The notes beneath the pieces were generated by a model. The model was not told the DNA's origin, did not search any database, and worked only from the letters and a program-made list of their open reading frames with translations. Position numbers and translations under genes: made by a program. This document shows positions 10,861 through 20,000 of a DNA stretch of 20,000 bases, in pieces. The stretch is taken from positions 47,847 to 67,846 of the forward strand of contig JAVEBF010000005.1 of NCBI GenBank assembly GCA_051941275.1, written 5' to 3'. Each line of letters opens with the position of its first letter. Position 1 is the stretch's first letter. Source of the stretch: Dirinaria sp. TL-2023a (taxonomy: Eukaryota).

Positions 10861-13014
10861 CTAGTCATCGCTACTAGTTTCTAATGTTGTAGCCGGTTTA
10901 GGCAAGGTAGGAGCAAACTTTGACCTCCCCCGGATCTTATGCCCATATCTATAGAAGACGATCGGTATCGGTACCAACACAGCAGCAACACAACCAAGTA
11001 GCGTCCCAGACCAATTGACGCCAATCGCCTTGAACATGTACATCGAAAACAGCGGAAAGACCGCCCCTGCAATTGAACGCAGAAAGGTGTTGGCTGCAAT
11101 GGCAGAAGCAGCACTGATAAAGGGATTAGCCAAGATAATCAATCACAGTGTGTCCGGAGGTAGATGACGTACAACATGAGATAGGCATCCACCAAGTAGT
11201 TGAGAGCTTGCAGGAAAATAGCCAGCAAGCCGAACCCAGTGAACAAACCAGACAGCGTTGGCACAATCCACTGCCACACGTTAGCTTCGTTTCTTTCCAC
11301 GATATGACAGGCTGGAGCCATACATGTACGTCAGCCTTGTATCCAGACCATCCAAACCAGAACAAACCACAGGTGAACGCCACGCCACCCATGATCACTG
11401 GCGGAAGACGCCACTCAGGTACCGGAATGCCGTTGTTCGCTTCCAGCTTTCGATTGTACCCTGGCTGGGTGAAGACGATAAAGACACCTGCCAGCAACAT
11501 GCCAAGGATCATGCCAAAGTAAGGCAGGCCACCGACCCCGGGGTTCATGTGATGGACCTGCTGGAAAACTATCGGGTAGGCCGTCAAAAATAGATAAAGC
11601 AAGCCGTAGATGAATGCCATGTAGATGCTGAGCAGAAGTACGATCGGTTCCGTGACAAGAAGTCGAAGAGGTCGGCTAAAATTTTTGGTGACCAATTCTC
11701 GGAAATCGACTTCGATTTCTTCTTGTTTGGCATGAATGCCCCAATTTTTAGTCCTCCGACGGAGTTCTGCAGCTTTCTCAACTAACACAACGGGTGGATA
11801 TGTCTCTTCCAAAAAGATCAGGTCGAGCCCAAAAGCAAGGAAGCCCATAAGCGCCACGATGTATTCAGTCCACCGCCATCCCATGTTTGGATTCATGACT
11901 ATGAAGCCTCCAATGAAGGGCGCTAAGTTAGGCCCAGTGAATACTGTCATCGAGAAAACTGTGATCGCAAGTCCTCGAGTACGATTGTCAAACATCTGAT
12001 GCCCGGTCAATGAGCTTAAATGCAGAATCGGCATGGAAGTGTTAACTTACGTCCGAAAATACAGCAGCAACGACAGCAAGCGGACAAGACCCAAATACGC
12101 CACCAAAGAATCGGCAAATCAATACGGTCTGTAGATCCTTGCCGACTGCGACGGCGATCTGGAAGATGGAAAAGCCAAACATAGCGACGACCAAGGGCAG
12201 TCTTCTCCCTCGCAGCTCAGATAAAGGCGCCCACCTCCATGTCGACAAAGTCAGCACTTCTTTTCGGTTAAACTTCTACCTTTTGTGGATTGTGATTCGC
12301 GAACGCCAATCCAGGTCTCTGCCCCACATTCCTTCGAATTTTCATCGGCGAGAGGGTCAAAGAAAAATGAGAGCTTACAGTATAGGGCCCGTTGCGAAAC
12401 CAAGCACGTATAACGAGAGGCCGAGGAGGCCAACCTCGGTACCTACCCCAAAGAAAAGCGAAATTTGGGTTGTGGCGGCAGAGAAGATACTGCTAGCGAA
12501 TGCGGACACCAGAGTCGTGTAACCCAATATGAATGCGAGGAAAACCCTACATCGTCGCTTAGCCGCAGATTTGAGTCAGTTCTAAGAAAGCGCCTCGGTA
12601 CTTTTTCTTCATTGACCAATTCTGAGGATGCAATGGATCATGCGGGCCGTCAAACTCCACCACGTATTCTTCCATGGCAGGAAGAGGTGGTGGATATGGC
12701 TTTCCCGCTCCAAAATTAGGTAAAGGCTTCCTCGACTCCCGCGAAGTAGGACTTCTTCCGACTGTGGTGCTGTGCTGAGTTCGTTGCGTCTCGATTCGGC
12801 TGAGAGCAGTAGGATGCCTCTCAAGGTCGCGTGTTGTGTTCACCCTTGACATACCCATCTCTTCGCGTACTATTGCTGAAGACGAGGACGATGATGAGCC
12901 GGACGAAGCCGTCTCGATTCTTTGGATGTTGCCTTCTTCATCTTTCGCTTCAGGAAACCTGGTTGGGCTCGCCTCAGTCTCCGCCTTCTCGACGTCGCGG
13001 TCGACAATGTCCAT
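10861..13014 (-). CDS. MFS drug:H+ antiporter, DHA1 family (Flr1/Tpo1/Mdr1-like), 595 aa. Exons 13014-12602, 12546-12379, 12234-12051, 11995-11324, 11270-11173, 11113-10861
   Basis: DHA1 motifs: [94 protein letters not shown]. Five introns give a 1788-nt in-frame CDS. Confidence 0.93.
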
Positions 13015-13536
13015 ACTGCCGATGGAGTCGATTGCGCGAGATAAGAGACCAGAATGATGGATCGGGATTTAAGAGATCAATTTTCTGGAGGCGGGGTGGG
13101 AGGATCATAAATAAAGTATTGACTTTGATAAAGTGGCGGCGGCTTGGCAATAGCGGGATACCTCTAGCTGTACGGACTACGGAGTACTGTAATCCTCCTT
13201 CGCTCCTTAGCGCTCCTGCTAAGGTACTCGCTGAACGGCTGAACTGAACTCTACCTTCCCTTATCTCCACATGTGTTTGAAAGTCGGATTGTGCGTCCCT
13301 ACCTAGGTACTCCGTACTTCCGTGCCTTCCTTCGTGTGCTTTATGGCGCCAAACAGTCTAATTCAGGCGTACCTTTGGGAAGCTGCTTGCGTGTTGTCGC
13401 CCACATGGCTTTAGATTTAGACTAAGCGAAACATGGAGATTGGAGAGCCGGGTTGGGAGTTTCGCGATACTCATATGGCAGTGAGGTAATTCCTTTGAGG
13501 ACCTATGTAATGAATAATGAAGCTTTTATTGGCTGC

Positions 13537-13543
13537 TGACTCA
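13537..13543. promoter_or_regulatory. AP-1/Gcn4(CpcA)/Yap1-type bZIP element TGACTCA upstream of the MFS gene
   Basis: Exact TGACTCA about 520 bp upstream of the MFS ATG. A 7-mer can occur by chance. Confidence 0.3.
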
Positions 13544-14403
13544 TGACGCCAGCCGCTTACTACTCCCTTAGAATTGAAGTCTAGCAAATAAGGTAAGGTA
13601 CCTTAGTACAGTAGTAGGGATGTATTATTAATGATCCAGTGTTCTCAAATCTCAACCCATGTAAGGGCCTACCTACGGTACTTGCAGAGAAAAGCTTTGC
13701 TACTGCTGGCACCGGCTCATGCAAGTCATCCACTCGCTAATTGTCGCCCATGCTCACAGAGCCTTACTGCGAGACATGGCTCTCATTGTCGGCATGACAT
13801 CACACATGGTATTTTTGTAGAGACATACCTAAATGAATTCTTAAACTTTCAACCAAATATCGGCACCTCGAGAGATTATGGATACTTGACTGGCCGCTTA
13901 AGGAAGCGTATTAACCTTCAATGAAGCAACGGTGGATGGGGAAGTAGTCAAATGTATATAGGTGTCATTATGAAGCACTGGGCACATAAATTTGTATGCT
14001 AATAGCTTGCAATTACATGCTTGAGCGTACACTCTCTAAATCACAGCAATCTCCATGCGTGCACGCACACCATTCAAGCCTCCTCAGCCAACCCGTCTGT
14101 CTTTTCTCTTCCACTTTCTCGGCTAGCATCGCCAGCGAGCCCACAACTTACCGCCCCCTCAACAATCTTTTCTCTGTCCAGAGTGGGCAGCAGGTGGTGG
14201 TCCCAAACAGAGGCCACTCACAGTGTATCCTGGCCCACCTTGAACGCCCTCGCTAATGCCGCGGGTATTATGATGCCGCTAAATCCATTACAGATAAAGA
14301 AAAGGCTACTGCATGCGTAGTTAAGAGCGCGCCTTTCAACTGCCACTCCTGCCGATCCATACCACGACGAAGCTCCACAGTTACCACAGCGAGTGATGTG
14401 CTT

Positions 14404-17400
14404 TTACTTCGCCTCTTCGCTGTGCTCGACCGGAACGTTCGGCGCTGCATGATGCATGGGCTGATGGTGGTGTTGATGCTGTGCATGTGGAGGTTGTCCG
14501 TAGCTTGGGATGCGGTGTGGTTGTTGAGGGGGATAATGGTACTGTGGTTGAGGACTCTGCGCGTAATGGGGCTGTGGAGAACCATATGCTCGCATGGGCA
14601 TCACTAGAAGGCGGTTAGTTACGCTATTAAACCTACAGAGGGCATTTCATTTGACTAACTATGAGGAGGTTGCTGTTGAGCATAGACAGGTTGACCATAT
14701 TGACTGGGAGTCATATACATGGGTTGTTGACCTTGATGAGACCCCTGATGTGCCATCATGGGAGCTCCTCTGCCAGGGCTAGGATACCCACTAGGTGGTT
14801 GCGACTGGCCGTACGAAGGGCCTTGGCCAGGAGGGTACATTGGTAGTTGCGGATTGAAGGGAACTGCCATTGAGTGTGGTGGGCCCACGAAGCCACCCTG
14901 AGAGGATTGTTGCACCATCATTGGGGCAGCTATTTGAGGCCCTTGTGTAGGAACCAGCTGCTGGCCCCCTGGAAATTGCCGGAAGTGAGCTGGTTGCGGC
15001 CCACTCGGAGCCATAACATACTGTGGCACTGGCTGACCGAAAGCTAATTGCGCTGGTTGTTGCATAGGAGACGGATATGCCATTGCATTGTTTTGCATCC
15101 TTGGTGAAGGATATACCGAAGGATTCGAGGTTGAGAGGTGCGCTCGGTGATCATCATAGGGATGCTGTCCGTGCTGATAATGCTGAGCCTGCGTTTGAAC
15201 AGAGAATGGCGCTTGATGAGGCGGAGCGTGGAGCTGAGGTGTTCCGTGTGACGGCTGCTGAAGGTGTTGGGGCAATTGGTGCTGATGTGGCACTGTCTGG
15301 CTGACTTGATGCACTGGCTGTGGCGAAACCTTTCCAGAAGCCGGGGCAGGCCCATCGAAAATGTCTTTGTATGAGCGTTGATCGTTCTCGTCTTTGATCT
15401 CAGTCCATACAGGCGTGGTTGTGTAGGCGTACTTAATGCCACCGTTTGCGGAGTAGTCCTTTGCTTTGCCTTCTTCCTCCGCTCTCTCCTTTAGCCTCTT
15501 GATGGGATTGAAGTTTTGAAGGATGGAGGGGCGCTCTGTGGCTGGTAAAGGTTTGCGTTCCCCAAAGAAAGCCGTAGGTGTTGGTGCACGAGACGCGGGC
15601 CGTGCCCCCGGTGTGGAAGTCGGGCTGGAAATTGTACTCGGAGCGCCGACAGGTTTGAACGAATTCGCCGCTGGATTGGGCTTAAATTCCGCTGCTTTGA
15701 TGTTGAATTTGGAAGAAACCGCAGAGGTAGGTGTGCGGACACTACTTGGTGTTTGTGAGGTTGAGATTGGGGCAACATTCGCGGTAGAGCGTGTAGATGA
15801 CCTCGAACCTTGATTGATTGGCAATGGATGTGGCACAGAAATTTGCATTCCGGCCTTATGCTGCCGGTGGCTATCAGCTAGGCGATGGCTGAGGAGTCCC
15901 GAACCCGATTTGGGAGGAGTCAGCGGCGTGTTATGAAGCTGTGGTTGCCCGTCTCTCATGGGTAGAGAAGCCTGTGTACTCTGTGAAGGGTACGCATGGT
16001 GGGCCAACGGGTAATCCCGGCGGTCTCCAGGCTTTGCTACGTGCTGGGAGCTATCACGGGGCCCCTCGGGCACCGCTTTAAGCGATTTTTGCTCCGAATC
16101 TGTAGGCGTGGGCTTCGAGACGGCGTTGGACGGCTTTTGTGCGTTTCTCTGTGCTCTTTCTATAATCTCTTCTTGCTTGGACTTATCCTTTGCGAGTATT
16201 GGCACTAGATCTTTCGGCACAGGAGTGTGGAGCTTGAAGTTCTGTGAGAATTTCATGAGATCATTGAGTTTGACTGCTTTGTCCTGCGAGACCCGCTGAC
16301 GGCGATGATCCGAGACCTTCATCTTCTCGAGGTTGGCAAAATTTCGGAAAGAATCCAGAAGGTTTGCTTCAACATTCGCGGTGGCAGAGTCGCTAGGTAT
16401 TGGACCTTTTGTCGAATTCGATGGACGACGACTGCTCGTAGTAGCTTGCTCAACGGGCATAGCAGCCTTGCCAGCATTCCTTGGCTGCTCTGCAGGGGCA
16501 GCACTGGTGCCGCCGACAGAATCATTATCCAAGCGATTTTGAGTTGAACTCACACTTGACGCTCCCTGTTGGCTGTTGCCGCTACGAGCGACTTGTGAGG
16601 TTATAATGGCAGGGTCCACCGGCGCTCCGGGAACAGTAGCTTTGCTAGTAGGTAATCGACGAGCAGGTGCCATGTACCTGTTGTTCTGGCCCGATTGCAG
16701 GGGTGGGTAATCTTGGGCTTGACGGCTCACACCGCTATACCTAAGAACCGGTCAGCTCATATCTGGGAAGGCTATGGAGAATGAGCGCTCACTTCTCTTC
16801 TTCATCTACCCCATCATCGTCATGTAGGATGCCCCGTTCTTCTCTTACATGGGCATTACTTGCTGCAGCTCCTTCGATGTGTCGCGCGATTCGTTGAGCC
16901 TCAGCTTCCCGCTGCGGATAATCGGGCGTAGATCTATCGATGCGAGTAGTGTAGATATTCTCATCATAGTCACTCTTCACTCCAAAGAGCTGCTCATTAA
17001 CCTGGAATTGGTCCCAGGCGCCTCCTGAAGAGTCCAGTGACATATCGACATGGCCAGTCGTTGACGGTTCCCAGCGTTGCAGATCTCGCTCACGTATTGC
17101 CAGATTTCCCGAGATATCGGCATCAGTACGGAAAGCAGTGTTGGACCCTACCAATGATATTGATCAGTTGGACGACCCGAGATACAATTTGTTCGGAGCT
17201 TACCATTCACCATTACATTCTGTGCACTGAATAGAACGCCCTCAAAAGCAAGACCGATGACATCTTTGATATCGAAAGTCATTGCATAGTCCTTGCCAAT
17301 GCCGATGTAATCACAGGAATTTTCTTGGGCCCTATTGACTTCCGTTTTGTTCCCAACTTTATGTTGTTGTACCATTTTCAGAAGGTATGCAGACTCCGGA

Positions 17401-18169
17401 CTCTCTAGTGTAGTGCCATAGAATATGCCCTTGAATATATCTCCATTCTTTACTGTAACCGAAGCAGGGAGGCCCTAGAGAGGATTACGATCATTCTTTT
17501 TACCGAACCGAACGTTTTATATGGCTTACCATAGCATTTGCATATAGAGCAAGTAGACGGTCATGAGCATGTTTATCCGGCGTGCCCGTCTCTTGGTTAG
17601 TCGTGGGTTTCACGCCAAGGCCTCTGTTCTGAGAAGGTATGCCGTTTGGCTGCGTTGGGTTGGTTGATCGTTGAGTGAGAGGGTTCATCCCTGGCTGCCA
17701 GGCCTTCTGCGGAGTCCGTCTATAAGTTCAGCGTCAGCTAAGTACTTAGATTTCTAGAAGTGAACCACGTTCAAGCAGTGCCTCTGATAGTATTAACAAT
17801 GACTGGACATGTCAAAGATTCGAAAATCCTGGATGGATGTGACAAAGTGTCGATGACGATTGCGTGCGATGTTGTAATATGGTCCACAAAGGAATAGGCA
17901 GAGCATGATCCAATCACTTTACAAAAAAGAAAAGTGAAGCAGGAGGTAAAGAAAGTTCAATGTGACATCCAAGCACGTAGCCTTTGTGGGTTTAGCAAGC
18001 TTGCTTACCTTTGCGATGCTTCGGAGGGATTGCCAATTTGTTTCCGACCGCCATCAATTACTTTATTGGCGAATGATTGCTTCGGCGGCTGCTTTCCCGG
18101 GGCGGACATTGAGTTATTGACTGCATTGGCATCCGAGCCGGCTGAGCCATTGAGCACGGTGGCAGCCAT
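14404..18169 (-). CDS. pbp1: Pbp1/ataxin-2 homolog (Lsm + LsmAD + PAM2 + Q/P-rich low-complexity C-terminus), 1085 aa. Exons 18169-18009, 17719-17530, 17474-17204, 17147-16793, 16740-14660, 14603-14404
   Basis: Lsm region VTVKNGDIFKGIF. LsmAD region FRTDADISGN..ERDLQRW..WDQFQVNEQLFGVKSDYDENIYTTRIDR..DEEEKYSGV. Also KFSQNFKLHTPVPKDLVPILAKDKSKQEEI and PAM2-like FNIKAAEFKP. Five canonical introns give a 3258-nt CDS. Confidence 0.95.
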
Positions 18170-18972
18170 AGTGAAAGAGTTTCTTGCACTCCCAGCCACA
18201 CTTGACGTGCAGAGCGACCGTCGGATTCGCGGTCGTTGAGAAGCACTTCAAATCCTCAAGGACTGGGAAAGGGGGGTGATTGTGGTCTACCCTGCTTGAT
18301 GGGAGAGGGTAGACCGCGAGGGTAGAGATGAAGAGTGGAAAAGGACAAAAAGTTGAGGTTGACGATGTTTCGAAGAACAGGCTAATCGCCGTTTGGCGGG
18401 TACGATACCAGAGCGGGTTAGAGCTTGACACCAAAAGAGCCCCAGTGGCTTCGTAGTAGCCCACCACAGAGAGCCAGCAGTCACTTCCCGTCAACTAGGA
18501 CGACCCCCGAAACGCAAGCATTGGCGAATGGAGGAATAAGGGGACTATGTGCTAGAGTAAGACCATGTCCTGTACCCTGCTTGTAATGTAGGTTTCACGC
18601 GCCGCTGTCGTTCGCCTGAAGCAATGAGGCACTGCGAAAACTCCCGAGTGAATCACGAGTACGAGGAATATTGGAAATGGGCAGTGGATAAGGTTATCCT
18701 ATCACCGCAGCACGGCGAAAATGTGATGGCGGAAGCAGTCGGGAGTTCGTGTGTAAGATAAATTACTCATTTCTTACCAAATACACTAGCGCCGTATGGA
18801 CAACGCTAGTCCGCCTTGAAGCGGGACTCTGTCCGCCGATTGAAGAGAACCCAAGCAACAGGATACATGTCATACACGTCAGGTAGCTCTCACTCTCATG
18901 GCGAAAACTTAAAACGGCCATCGCTGCCCTTCCATGCTCCCACACACATCACTTTTGGACGGCATGCGAACT
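18170..18972. promoter_or_regulatory. Divergent intergenic region (promoters and 5'UTRs) shared by pbp1 and bud6
   Basis: Head-to-head gene arrangement with about 800 bp between start codons. The leader on the pbp1 side is pyrimidine-rich. Confidence 0.55.
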
Positions 18973-20000
18973 ATGCAGTCCAACTCTCAGCGTTCGACTC
19001 AAAGGAGAACGCCGACGGCAGAAGTGTCCAATAATAACCCGTCAGGAGCACAACAGACCAATTCGTCTCAACCTTCGGCTGGTAGTCGAAGCTCTTCTGG
19101 CTCTGTAAGATCATCGGCCTACAGGAGCAAGAATGTAAGATTCAGTTCTCCGCCGCAATTTCTTCCAGGCTGTCATAACTCAGAAGGCACTCGCTGATCA
19201 ATCTCTGTTGTTCTAGCCTTCTCAGCAGCTCTCGCAAATTGAGAAGAGCGTCACTCACCTTCTAATCGCCACTAAACAGTTGCTAGAGACTCTTACACAA
19301 TGGTCAAGGCATACGGCCACAGAGGGGGAGGTGTCCGACGTTTACGTACGCCTTGGGTACGAATTTAACATTGCTTGCAGAGCTTTTACCACTATTGGCG
19401 TGGAAACTGCGGACCTTGGACCTGTGCCGGAACTTCTGAGAGCAATCCTTGAGGAAACACTAAGCCAAGAAGCCAGTCCTGCGAGTTTAGACAGATTCTT
19501 ACCGCGAATCAGAGACATCATTATCACGCTCCTCCATGGCCTGAAAAGAAAGCAGCAAAGGCTAAGAGCCAAGCAGGGGAAAGAAGGTTCGTCAGAACGG
19601 ACAATGGCATCTACAGGAAGCTCAGGTAGTCTCAATACTGGCTTGACGGAGATGCTGGAGGACGTTCCTCAATCAAGGAGGGCTGGGGGAAAGGGGTCTG
19701 AAAGAAGGGTCGGTAGTGGAAGTACAATTTCTGAAGATAGTCAATATGGAGATCCAGGTGAAGACCGAGCGGTGCCCCCCAGATACACATCTGCTCAGCC
19801 GACGAGGCATAATAGTAGCGGACAGACGGCAGAAGGACCAGCCAGAAATACGGTCAGAGATTATTCCCGTGCTTCTGCAATGCTGCCGCCCCAGATAACT
19901 ACAAACATCCCCAGCCAAAGTGCGCCAGTTACGTCTCCGCAAGCAGACTCCTTCCAGAGGGAACCCGCGCAAAGGGAAAATCCCCTCTACGCTCCACCAC
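18973..20000 (+). CDS. bud6: Actin-interacting polarisome protein Bud6/Aip3 (BudA), 3'-truncated. Exons 18973-19134, 19217->20000
   Basis: After intron 19135-19216 (GTAAGA..GCTGAT..TAG) the frame reads QLSQIEKSVTHLLIATKQLLETLTQWSR..EVSDVYVRLGYEFNIACRAF..LLRAILEETLSQEASPASLDRFLPRIRDIIITLLHGLKRKQ, the conserved N-terminal domain of fungal Bud6. The frame stays open to the window end and is absent from the ORF track. Confidence 0.9.

Noticed and set aside
13631..14320. Short + strand ORFs (97, 86 and 99 aa) between the MFS gene and PBP1
   Set aside because: No family resemblance. They lie in the PBP1 3'UTR and MFS promoter region.
242..19972. Numerous antisense or alternate-frame ORFs overlapping the eight genes
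   Set aside because: They are shadow ORFs of real coding exons, with no independent motifs or splice support.
1..20000. Functional cluster of cytokinesis genes (sepH with bud6), or a secondary-metabolite cluster around the MFS gene
   Set aside because: The intervening genes are unrelated housekeeping genes and no biosynthetic enzymes are present. Co-location is most simply ordinary synteny.

Overview
Eukaryotic DNA from a filamentous ascomycete (Pezizomycotina). It is gene-dense, with short GT-AG introns (mostly 47-66 nt) and CTRAC/CTRAY branch points. Eight intron-containing protein genes can be reconstructed by hand: the 3' part of a SepH/Cdc7-type septation kinase (+), a small DUF1761-like membrane protein (+), an atypical RING protein resembling Zip3/RNF212 (-), a complex I accessory subunit NUZM/NDUFA7 (-), a Dot5/BCP peroxiredoxin (-), a DHA1 MFS transporter (-), Pbp1/ataxin-2 (-) and the 5' part of Bud6/Aip3 (+). 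Family calls come from motif recognition, not database searches. I found no tRNA, rRNA, transposon or CRISPR features. This looks like core genome, and I cannot support a novel multi-gene system. The best leads are at RNA and splicing level: two unusually long, structured first introns, an apparently broken splice donor in sepH, an orphan intron in a convergent intergenic region, a candidate 3'UTR intron in PBP1, a GAG acceptor, tandem donors in bud6, and a TGACGA-rich 16-bp repeat upstream of the RING gene.
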